Source: Coleofasciculus sp. B1-GNL1-01
GTDB taxonomy: Bacteria; Cyanobacteriota; Cyanobacteriia; Cyanobacteriales; Coleofasciculaceae
Direction: 5' to 3' (one strand)
DNA: 64,000 bases
Assembly: GCA_040220235.1 (NCBI GenBank)
Contig: JAVJTO010000004.1
The position numbers and the translations under genes were made by a program. The notes beneath the pieces are model-generated. The model had not been told where the DNA came from. It searched no databases and saw nothing but the letters and a program-made list of their open reading frames with translations. How positions within the stretch are numbered: the stretch's first letter is position 1; every line of letters begins with the position of its first letter. Below are positions 32,991 through 42,500 of the stretch, piece after piece.

Positions 32991-34520
32991 ATGCTTGCCA
33001 GGGTTTGGAGTGCTTCGCTAGTCGGCATTGATGCGGTGAAAGTCGGTGTGGAAGTCGATGTGTCAGGCGGATTACCGGGAATTGTTGTTGTGGGATTACC
33101 GGATACCGCCGTCCAAGAATCACGAGAACGGGTGAAGGCGGCGTTAAAAAATGCTGGCTTTGTTTTTCCCATGCGGAAAATCGTGATTAATCTCACCCCC
33201 GCCGACTTACGCAAAGAAGGACCCAGCTTTGATTTACCCATTAGTGTGGGAATTCTCGCCGCCTCGCAGCAAGTCAATCCTGAATTATTAGGGGATTATC
33301 TATTTTTAGGGGAAGTCTCCCTGGATGGGAATTTACGCCCCGTTGCGGGTATTTTACCCATCGCCGCCGCCGCCCAAAGTTTGGGGATTTCTGGATTAGT
33401 CGTACCCGCCGATAATGCCCAAGAAGCCGCCGTAGTGCGGGGACTAGACGTGTATGGATTCCAGCATCTGGCTGATGTGGCAGATTTTTTGAATCAACCA
33501 GAACGTTATTCCCCGGTAACCATGGATGAATTACCCCAATCATCCTCCTATCAGTTTACAGGCGGAAACTTAAACGAAGTCAAAGGTCAATCCCATGCGC
33601 GTCGGGCGTTAGAAATCGCGGCGGCTGGGGGTCATAATTTAATTTTTGTGGGTCCACCGGGAAGCGGAAAAACCATGCTGGCGCGACGATTACCGGGAAT
33701 TTTACCGCCCTTAAGTTTTGAAGAAGCCCTGGAAGTTACTCAAATTTATTCTGTCGCGGGATTACTTAAAGATAAAGGCAGATTAATTAGACATCGCCCC
33801 TTTCGCAGTCCCCACCATTCTGCCTCAGGTCCATCATTAGTTGGGGGTGGTAGTTTTCCGCGTCCCGGAGAAATTTCCTTGGCGCATCGAGGGGTATTAT
33901 TTCTGGATGAGTTAACTGAATTTAAGCGCAATGTATTGGAATTTTTGCGTCAACCTTTAGAAGATGGTTATGTGACCATTTCTCGCACCCGACAATCCGT
34001 CCTATTTCCGGCACAATTTACCTTAGTTGCTAGTACCAATCCCTGTCCCTGTGGTTACTTTGGTGACACCCTGCAACCCTGCACCTGTTCAGCGCGACAA
34101 CGGGAGAACTATTGGGCAAAACTTTCGGGTCCGTTGATGGATCGAATTGACTTACAAGTTGCCGTGAATCGTCTCAAACCCGAAGAGATTACTCGACAAC
34201 CCCAAAGTGAAGCATCAGAAGCCGTAAGGGAGAGAGTAAAAGTAGCCCGCGATCGCGCCCGTCATCGCTTCAATTCAGAACCCTCCCTGCGCTGCAATGC
34301 CCAGATGCAAAGTGGTCATTTGAGACAATGGTGTCATTTAGATGATAGTAGTCGCAATCTTTTAGAAGGGGCAATTCGCAAACTCGGACTCTCTGCCCGG
34401 GCAAGCGATCGCATCCTGAAAGTTGCCCGCACGATCGCCGATTTATCGGGGGCGGAGACGCTGCAAACGTCACACATTGCCGAAGCTATCCAGTATCGTA
34501 CTATTGATCGAATGCAGTAA
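32991..34520 (+). CDS. comM: YifB/ComM Mg-chelatase-like AAA+ ATPase
   Basis: VGLPDTAVQESRERV, INLTPADLRKEGPSFDLP, GPPGSGKTM, PFRSPHHSAS, LFLDE. Confidence 0.93.
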   Translation: MLARVWSASLVGIDAVKVGVEVDVSGGLPGIVVVGLPDTAVQESRERVKAALKNAGFVFPMRKIVINLTPADLRKEGPSFDLPISVGILAASQQVNPELLGDYLFLGEVSLDGNLRPVAGILPIAAAAQSLGISGLVVPADNAQEAAVVRGLDVYGFQHLADVADFLNQPERYSPVTMDELPQSSSYQFTGGNLNEVKGQSHARRALEIAAAGGHNLIFVGPPGSGKTMLARRLPGILPPLSFEEALEVTQIYSVAGLLKDKGRLIRHRPFRSPHHSASGPSLVGGGSFPRPGEISLAHRGVLFLDELTEFKRNVLEFLRQPLEDGYVTISRTRQSVLFPAQFTLVASTNPCPCGYFGDTLQPCTCSARQRENYWAKLSGPLMDRIDLQVAVNRLKPEEITRQPQSEASEAVRERVKVARDRARHRFNSEPSLRCNAQMQSGHLRQWCHLDDSSRNLLEGAIRKLGLSARASDRILKVARTIADLSGAETLQTSHIAEAIQYRTIDRMQ

Positions 34521-34641
34521 CACAGATTACACAGATTATAATCATACAGGCAGAAGACTCAATGGAGAATGACACAGATTAAGTAGGTTGATAGAAATTC
34601 ACTCAACTATATTAAGTTATGTCAATAAGTCTAAAACCCTT

Positions 34642-34728
34642 ACAAATGACAAATGACAAATGACAAATGACAAATGACAAATGACAAATGACAAATGACA
34701 AATGACAAATGACAAATGACAAATGACA
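34642..34728. repeat. STRR heptamer array (ACAAATG)x12, within a TAAGTAGG-type element starting at 34580
   Basis: Twelve perfect copies plus 3 nt; overlaps the MTase start. Confidence 0.95.
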
Positions 34729-35891
34729 TCTGTACAACCGTTGAGTTATTTTGCGGGATTGGAGGATTCCGGATAGCGGCGGATCAGAGAAATATAGCCA
34801 CAATCTGGGCAAATGATCGGTGTCCAAAAGCCTGTCAAGTATACCGCGATCGCTTTGGAAAGGCACAATTACATCAGGGTGATATTTATCAACTCGTTGA
34901 TGAAATTCCACCTCATGATCTGTTAACGGCTGGTTTTCCCTGTCAACCGTTCAGTAGTGCGGGCAAAAAAAAAGGAGTACGAGATCCACGCGGTCATATT
35001 TTTCAAGTGATTGTTGATGTCCTGAAAAAACACAAGCCCCAGTTTTTCATCTTAGAGAATGTTAAACGCTTGTTATCGATGGAGGAAGGGACTCATTTTG
35101 CCACGATACTCAGTGAGTTAGCGCATTTGGACTATACGATTGAGTGGCGTTTGGTCAACGCTATGCATTTCGGTTTACCTCAAAATCGTCAACGAGTTGT
35201 CATCCTGGGAACCTTAGACAAGGATACAAAGGATAATTTTCCCAATATCAGACTTGCCTCAACTGAAAATATCGCTGAGTTATCCGACTCAACGTTTCAA
35301 ACCCTGACTAATATTGGACAATGGACAAAAATAAAAGACCACGGTAATAGATTTCCGACGTGGGGACTCGCCCAAACAGGTCGTTTTTTTGGCTACAACT
35401 TTGCCCAATTTTATCTAGCTACGCCGATTGTTCCATTACGGGCAATTCTTGAGTCAGATGTTGATTGCCAATTTGATTTTACTGAGTCTACGTTAAACCG
35501 TTTACAAACCAGTACCCCAGTTAATAATTTCGTTCAAGGTGTACAAATCCTCTACAATCAAAGTGGAGGAGCGCGAATGGGTTACACTGTATTTGGTATT
35601 GATGGTGTTGCACCAACACTTACCTCAACAACGAGTCGCCACTATGAGCGTTATAAAATCGGTAATCAGTTCCGCCGTCTGACTAATGTAGAATATGCTC
35701 GCATTCAAGGGTTTCCAGATGAACATTGTGCTGGGATATCTATCTATGATCAATATGCTCTTTTCGGAAATGCCATTCCCCCGGTTATGGCTGGGTGGGT
35801 TATGGATTGTATCTTAGAAAATAAGAGCGTCCAACTTAAAACACCTAAATTTGAACAACTATCACTTTTCTCTATGACCGATGCTTTCTAA
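34716..35891 (+). CDS. DNA (cytosine-5)-methyltransferase
   Basis: ELFCGIGG (motif I), AGFPCQPFS (IV), LENV (VI), PQNRQR (VIII), RIQGFP (IX), FGNAI (X). Confidence 0.93.
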   Translation: MTNDICTTVELFCGIGGFRIAADQRNIATIWANDRCPKACQVYRDRFGKAQLHQGDIYQLVDEIPPHDLLTAGFPCQPFSSAGKKKGVRDPRGHIFQVIVDVLKKHKPQFFILENVKRLLSMEEGTHFATILSELAHLDYTIEWRLVNAMHFGLPQNRQRVVILGTLDKDTKDNFPNIRLASTENIAELSDSTFQTLTNIGQWTKIKDHGNRFPTWGLAQTGRFFGYNFAQFYLATPIVPLRAILESDVDCQFDFTESTLNRLQTSTPVNNFVQGVQILYNQSGGARMGYTVFGIDGVAPTLTSTTSRHYERYKIGNQFRRLTNVEYARIQGFPDEHCAGISIYDQYALFGNAIPPVMAGWVMDCILENKSVQLKTPKFEQLSLFSMTDAF

Positions 35892-36870
35892 AGAAGAATT
35901 ACGCGCCATATTAAAGGAATCACTGGATACAATAATTCAGGACGTTAATCGCGCTCTAAATGGAGAAAACACGGAACAATTAGTAGATGTATTAACTCGT
36001 GTGGGACAAGGCGGAAAACTACCGAAATGGTATGAGCAGTTACGAACTCAGCATACATTGCCTAACTTAGATGGTAAGACAATTGGTAGTGTTATTGAAA
36101 TGTTGTTAATTGCGGTACTCGAAAAGATTATATTTCAAGGTCTTGAGATACCGCCATTACGGGTTAATCCAGCGCGAGGAGTGGACTTTCCCGATTTAGA
36201 TCTGGGTATTAAATCCCCTTCAGAAAACTACTGCACCAGTGAACCCTTTTTCTCTGCCTATGAAAGATTACTGGGTTCTGAGTATGATGTGCTGGTTCTA
36301 CTCACTGACTACCAAACTGCTAAGAAAAATCCACCATTGAGACTGCAAATTATTAAGTTTAAGTACCTCTACAAAACTCAGCTAGCAGATTATCGGCTTT
36401 GCCAAATTGCTAAAAAGCATCGAGAGTGGTTGGTAACCGAAAACGAATCTTGGGCAAAGAAGGTATTTCGATTTCTAGCTTATGTGAATCAAAGTGACTG
36501 GCGTGCCAAACAACTGCTGCGTTTGTTGGACTGTCTTCAGGATGCGACATCAGTACACCGTTATATTCAGCAGGCTGATGAAGATTTTCAAAAAATTAAT
36601 AAAAAACGCATTGCCAAAGATGCTGAACCCATTCCCCGATCAGATATTGAATCGTTACACAAAATAAATTCTATTCAGCCGTTTTATCTAGGTGTTATTG
36701 ATGCCGCCGATAATTGGGTGATCGAGATGCAGAAGGACTTAGCGAGATTCCCTAATAGTAATGAGTGGTCACGTCTTTTGACCAGTCCATTGGATGGTCA
36801 AATTGGCATGAGTCCGGCGTTGCAGTGGCGATATAATTTCAGTCGCGTTTTTGGGGTGAATCAGTCTTAA
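35881..36870 (+). CDS. Putative cognate restriction endonuclease (PD-(D/E)xK-like)
   Basis: Overlaps MTase by 11 nt; IGSVIE...GVDFPDLDLGIKS resembles a catalytic E..D..xK arrangement. Confidence 0.55.
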   Translation: MLSKEELRAILKESLDTIIQDVNRALNGENTEQLVDVLTRVGQGGKLPKWYEQLRTQHTLPNLDGKTIGSVIEMLLIAVLEKIIFQGLEIPPLRVNPARGVDFPDLDLGIKSPSENYCTSEPFFSAYERLLGSEYDVLVLLTDYQTAKKNPPLRLQIIKFKYLYKTQLADYRLCQIAKKHREWLVTENESWAKKVFRFLAYVNQSDWRAKQLLRLLDCLQDATSVHRYIQQADEDFQKINKKRIAKDAEPIPRSDIESLHKINSIQPFYLGVIDAADNWVIEMQKDLARFPNSNEWSRLLTSPLDGQIGMSPALQWRYNFSRVFGVNQS

Positions 36871-36943
36871 TAACGAGTAGAATAAAGTATCCCTAACTCA
36901 ATTCTGGGGCTAGGGACAAGGTTACAGCTAAATCTAAGATGGT

Positions 36944-38317
36944 ATGAGTATAGATTTACTGGCATTTTTTAAGGCAACAAATCCGGGTCAGACGATTAAT
37001 ATCGCTGATCCAGACGATCGCAAATACTATATTGACTTCTCTCCGGTTCGGGGTGGGACGGTTATTGAGGAGTTGAAGGAGAATATTACCATATTCTATG
37101 CGAATCAGCCGAGTTGTGATTTGTTTACGGGACATATCGGCTGTGGCAAATCTACGGAGTTACTGCGGCTGAAGGCGGAATTGGAGGCGGAGGGGTTCCA
37201 TGTTGTTTATTTTGAGTCGAGTGATGACTTGGAAATGGCAGATGTGGATATTGCAGATGTGTTACTGGCGATCGCACGGCGGATTAGTCAGAGTTTAGCA
37301 GATGTGGCGATCGCGGAACCCCAGGGATTGAAGCGGTTGCTGAAACGGACGGCGGAACTGTTGCAGACGGAGTATGATTTATCGGAGGTGGAGTTAGGCT
37401 TGCCGAAAATGCCAGGGATTCCCGATGTGAAAGTGAAGGCGAATGACAAAGGGGCGTTGTCTTTAGCGTTCGGGATTGGTAAGATTACGGCTAAGGCACG
37501 AGCGGATTCGGGATTGCGAGAACGGCTGAATCAGTTTTTGGGACCGAAGAAAGCTGAGTTATTAGCGGCGATTAATCAGGAATTGATTGAACCTGCGATC
37601 GCGCAGTTGCAACAGCAGGGGAAACAAGGATTAGTCGTGATTGTGGATAACCTGGATCGGATTGAGGGTCAAACCAAAGGTTGGGGGCGATCACAACAGG
37701 AATATATTTTTATTGATCAGGCAGAATATTTGCAAAAGTTTAACTGCCATGTTGTTTATACCATGCCCTTGGCGTTAAAGTTTGCGGATGAATATGCGCG
37801 GTTAACTCAGCGATATAAGGAAGAACCCAAGGTTTTGCCGATGGTACAGGTACAGCAGGTGGATGGGAGTGACTGCGAGGAGGGGATGGCGTTACTGCGA
37901 CAGATGGTTCTGGCGCGGGCGTTGCCGGATTTGGACGCACAAGGGCGGTTAAATCGGGTGAATGACATTTTTGATCATCCAGAGAGTTTAGACCGCTTGT
38001 GTCGCGTCAGTGGCGGTCATGTGCGGGATTTATTACAACTGTTGATCCAATGGTTGAAAAAGGATCTCAAACAAGGGCGATTGACTCGTGAAACGTTGGA
38101 GGGTTTGATTCGCAGCCGTCGTAATGAAATGACGCTTACCATTGATGATCACGAATGGGGGTTATTGCGAAAAGTTCGGGAACGGAAGAAAGTGAGTGGG
38201 GATGATGGGTATCAGAAATTAATTTACAGTCGGCTGGTGTTTGAATATCGCGATCGCGGCGAGTCTTGGTTTGATATTAATCCGGTTTTGGCAGAGGCTA
38301 AGGAGTTAAGGGAATAA
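36944..38317 (+). CDS. P-loop ATPase (cyanobacterial AAA/STAND-like ATP-binding protein)
   Basis: FTGHIGCGKSTEL Walker A, VIVDNLDRI Walker B, SGGHVRDLL. Confidence 0.85.
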   Translation: MSIDLLAFFKATNPGQTINIADPDDRKYYIDFSPVRGGTVIEELKENITIFYANQPSCDLFTGHIGCGKSTELLRLKAELEAEGFHVVYFESSDDLEMADVDIADVLLAIARRISQSLADVAIAEPQGLKRLLKRTAELLQTEYDLSEVELGLPKMPGIPDVKVKANDKGALSLAFGIGKITAKARADSGLRERLNQFLGPKKAELLAAINQELIEPAIAQLQQQGKQGLVVIVDNLDRIEGQTKGWGRSQQEYIFIDQAEYLQKFNCHVVYTMPLALKFADEYARLTQRYKEEPKVLPMVQVQQVDGSDCEEGMALLRQMVLARALPDLDAQGRLNRVNDIFDHPESLDRLCRVSGGHVRDLLQLLIQWLKKDLKQGRLTRETLEGLIRSRRNEMTLTIDDHEWGLLRKVRERKKVSGDDGYQKLIYSRLVFEYRDRGESWFDINPVLAEAKELRE

Positions 38318-39442
38318 TCATTGGTCATTTGGCTTTAAGGTAAACCGTTCTAACAATTGTTCACGCGAAAGGGTAATGAGTAGGGGGGTTAACTCTTGAG
38401 GGGGCAATTGTAACATGGGCGCGATCGCACTGGCTAATTCGGGGTCAAGTTCCCCAAATCGCACTCTCAGAAATCGTTCTACAGTGTCTTGTCGTAAGGT
38501 ATCGTCTCGAATGGGCAGATTACCAAACCATAGTAAGAGTTCCTCACGTTCAAGGTTAAATAACAGCCGAGTTAACTCTTGAGGGGGTAATTGCAACATG
38601 GGCGCGATCGTACTGGTTAAGTCTGGGTCAAGTTCCCCAAATCGGACTCGCAGGAAGTTTTCCGCCATTTGGCGTTGTCCTTCAAGTCTACCTTCCAGTC
38701 TGCCTTCTTGTATCCCTTCTCGCTTACCTTGTTGTAAGGTTTCTTCTTGCCATTTTAAATACGCTGGTGATAAGTTCATGAGCAATTCCCTGTCCTGTTC
38801 ACTTAAATTGTCGCTTTCGTTGATCGTGATACGCCAGTTTGCCAGAATCTGTAAAATTGTCTGCCGATAGGGGTTCTGTTGGGGTAAAGCCACCAATTCA
38901 TTAATCGCTTGTTTCTGAGTTCCGCGTTTTCCCAGAACCCTTAACCATAGTGTATCTTCAGTGACTGGCAGTTGGTTGATGGCGATTAATGCTGTTTTCA
39001 GAAATTTTGCCATGAAATATACCCCTTCTCCCCAGTTTTCTGAGGGATGGAGTTTGGCACCAAATCCGTCTAACAACCTTGGGGAACAAGAGGGTGAGAG
39101 AATCCACAAATGGGGCCAATCGGTGTCGGGGAATGAAGTTCGTTCTCGTCTGGCTTTTCGCCGCATTTCACTGCGTACTGAGTTTAACTTGCTTTGGCAG
39201 TCGAGTACCTCGGCGGGGTTGGGTGGATTGCGGAAGGGTTCTAGTAGACAGGCGGTTGTTGCCATTCGCCCTAGTAATCCCAGGTTTTCGGCGGCGGTTG
39301 CTGGTGATGGGGTTGGTACAAACCAAACATCAACTTGGCGGATTTCGGGGGATATTTCGCGGCTGGTTTCGACGTTTCCTAGAGGGGCTAATAATTCCTC
39401 TAGGTATTGCTTGGCAAATTGATCGTGAGGCTTTCGTGTCAT
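38318..39442 (-). CDS. Rpn/YhgA-like PD-(D/E)xK nuclease family protein with duplicated C-terminal helical domain
   Basis: MTRKPHDQFAKQYL, RQVDVWF, LLEPFRN, QQGKREGIQEGRLEGRLEG, two copies of FLRVRFGELDP..IAPMLQLPPQEL. Confidence 0.8.
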   Translation of the reverse strand: MTRKPHDQFAKQYLEELLAPLGNVETSREISPEIRQVDVWFVPTPSPATAAENLGLLGRMATTACLLEPFRNPPNPAEVLDCQSKLNSVRSEMRRKARRERTSFPDTDWPHLWILSPSCSPRLLDGFGAKLHPSENWGEGVYFMAKFLKTALIAINQLPVTEDTLWLRVLGKRGTQKQAINELVALPQQNPYRQTILQILANWRITINESDNLSEQDRELLMNLSPAYLKWQEETLQQGKREGIQEGRLEGRLEGQRQMAENFLRVRFGELDPDLTSTIAPMLQLPPQELTRLLFNLEREELLLWFGNLPIRDDTLRQDTVERFLRVRFGELDPELASAIAPMLQLPPQELTPLLITLSREQLLERFTLKPNDQ

Positions 39443-39537
39443 TCAAGTTTAAGATAATGTTGCTTAGAATTTTAGGATAAGTGTTTACGCGATGATGGCG
39501 CTAAAGCGCAACTACAAGCGCAACTACGAACGAAACG

Positions 39538-42500
39538 ATGTCGCAGCTACCTGATATTACACCGGAGAATCAAACCGAACTTGAGGAACTGGCGTTGACG
39601 CTGGACGCTTTTCAGGGTCAGTTTTTGCTGGTTTTTGCCCGATGTAATTATGACAGAGTGCGATCGCGTCTGATTCAAGTCCTCCAGGATTCGTCTCCTT
39701 TGAACATTCGCACGATTACGCTGAACCCTGATGATACGGCGCTATATCAGCGGATTCAGGGGGAATTGCAGGGGGAAATTTCAAAGCCTCTCTCCTCGCA
39801 GGAGAGAGGTTTGGAGAGAGGTTTTCCAAATCCCGTGAATAGTCAGGATAAACCGGGGGCGCTGATGGTTTTGGGGTTGGAGTCGGTGCTATCTCTGGAG
39901 AGGATGCTGGCGGGGGCGGATTTGGTGCGGGAAGAGTTTCGTCACCATTGTCCGTTTCCGGTTGTGGTTTGGGTGACGGATTCGGTGAAGGCGCAATGGA
40001 TGCAGTTTGCCCGTAATCTGGAAAGTTGGGGCGTGAGTAGTCGGTTTACGATTAGCCGTGGGGAGTTGGCGGCGTTTATTAAAGGGAAGGCGGATCAATG
40101 GTTGGCGGATGGGTTGAATTTAACCGAGACGGAGTGTATTGAATTTAGGGGAGAATTAGAGGCGGCTGAAGGGGAGTTACAGGTAGAGGATAATGGGTTA
40201 GAACCGGAATTAGCGGCGGCGTTATTCACATTATTGGGAATTTGTCAAGAACAACAGGGAGAGATTCAAACGGCGATTGATTATTTTGAGCAAGCCTTGG
40301 GATGTTGGCAGGAATTGCAACGTTTTGAGTATGAAGGGATTGTTTTAAGGGAGATGGTTTATGGTTATTTCTGCCAAATTAATCGGATTCAACCTGCGAC
40401 AATTTCTAGGGATGACTATAATCAGATTCAAGCTAAAATTAAGGACTCTATTCAGCAAGCATTAACTGCCTTTCATCGGGCGCAACGTCCGGATTTAATT
40501 GCTGATTCGATTGGGGTATTTGGTGCGGTTTTGCGGGAGTTGCAGGATTGGCAACAGTTGCAAGAGTTGGCGGAACAGGCGTTGGTGTTTGACCAAGGGG
40601 AAAATCGCCGGGATAAATTGGCGTTGGATTATACGTTTTTGGCTGATGTTGCTTTGGCTGAAGAACGTTGGCAAGCAGCGAAGGAGTTGGCGGAAGCGGC
40701 GTTAAATCAGGTTGAAGCAATTGCGCCGGGGGAAGAGATAGAGGTAAAAAGTAGATGCTATTGGATTAAAGCGCGATCGCACGTTAATTTAGGTCAATGT
40801 TCGGCGGCGATTGAACAGTTAGAATTTGCCCATGGTATCAGTCAACCGTTATCCTCTCCTCGGCTTTATCTGGATATTTTAGGCGATTTACATGATCTCT
40901 ACTGGCAGACAAAAGATTATCTCAACGCCTTTAAAATTAAGCAGGAACGGCAAACCGTTGAAACCCAATTAGGATTAAGGGCGTTTATCGGTGCCAGTCG
41001 CATTCCATCAACTGTCGGGGCGGGGGCGGTAGGGGCGCACCGACGTGCGCCCTCATCTCCTCCTCAATCTCCCGCATCTTCCCCTCTTCCCATCGCCTCA
41101 GAAATTATCGCCTGGGGGCGGGAAAAAGATGTGCGAGAATTAGTTGAACGGGTGCAACGTTCTGATCATAAAGTTATTGTCATCTATGGTTATTCTGGCG
41201 TAGGTAAAAGTTCTTTAGTCAATGCTGGACTCATCCCAACTCTACACCATACTACCGTCAGTGGACAACGCATCATCCCAATTTTGAGCCAAGTTTATAC
41301 CGATTGGGAACGAGAATTAGGACAGCAATTAACCGCCGCGCTAGAAACACAAAATATTTCTATCACTCAACCCCTTGATTCTAAAACTGCAATTTTAGCC
41401 GCCTTGCGTCAGAGTGAAACGCAGCAGGTGCGAATTGTGTTAATTTTTGACCAGTTTGAGGAGTTCTTTTTTGTTTCCGATGACAAGGGTAACAAGAATA
41501 AAATCTTTGAGACTGATTTTTTTGACTTTTTAGGTCAGTGTCTAGACATTTTGTCCCTGACGGTGATTTTTTCTATTCGCCGAGATTACCTCTATTATTT
41601 AGTAGACCAACCCGGAATGGGAAGTTATGACCTGTTGAGTAAGAATAGTCTCTATAAAATTTCTAACTTAACACCAGAGGAGGCACAAAACTTACTCGAA
41701 CAACTGACCACACGGTCTAGTTTTAAATTGGAATCGGCGTTAATTGAACAACTGGTGCAGGATTTAGCGGGAGATTATCAGAAAGTACGCCCGATTGAGT
41801 TACAGGTTGTCGGGGCGCAACTGCAAGCTGAGGGAATTAGAACCTTAGCGGAGTATCAACAGTTTGGCACTAAAGAAGAATTGGTGCTGCGCTATCTGGC
41901 GGAAGTGGTGGAGGATTGCGGCGCAGAAAATCAGCCCGTGGCGGAGGTGCTGTTGTATTTGTTGACCGATGAGAAAGAGCGGCGACTGCTGAAAACTCGT
42001 GGGGAGTTGGAGGAGGAGTTAAAGGATTTTGTCACAGTAGCGGCGAGTCAGTTGGATTTAATTTTAGAGATTTTAGTGTTATCGGGGTTAGTTTTTATTG
42101 TCCCGGATACGCCGGATGACCGCTATCAGTTGGTGCATGATTATTTAGTGTCCTTTATTCGCCAGCAGCAAGAGCCAAAGATACAAGAAATTATTGCCCA
42201 ACTGAATCGGGAACGGGAACAGCGTCAGCAGTTAGAGCGAAGTATTGAACAGGTTCGGGGAGAGTTACGCTTGGTTTTAGAGGAACGAGAACGGGTGATG
42301 GTGGAGGTTAGGGAAGCAAAGAAGTCTTTGGCGCAAGTGGAAGCAGAACGAGAAGAAGCCTTGAAAGGAACAGAATTGGAACGGTTGGGTACATTGGCTC
42401 TCAGACAATTTAACTATACTCAAATTCCGGCATTACTCACCGCGATGCGAGCGGGTAAGGAGTTAAAAGCGATTGTTAAAGACCGACCACTTGATCAGTA

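Noticed and set aside
34642..34728. Frameshift-type phase variation of the MTase
   Set aside because: The start is fixed relative to the 3' end of the array, so copy-number change does not shift the frame
34612..34911. ORF with HLSFVIC repeats (also 49031-49385 and 59188-59526)
   Set aside because: Translations of heptamer/octamer repeats or the tRNA; shadow ORFs
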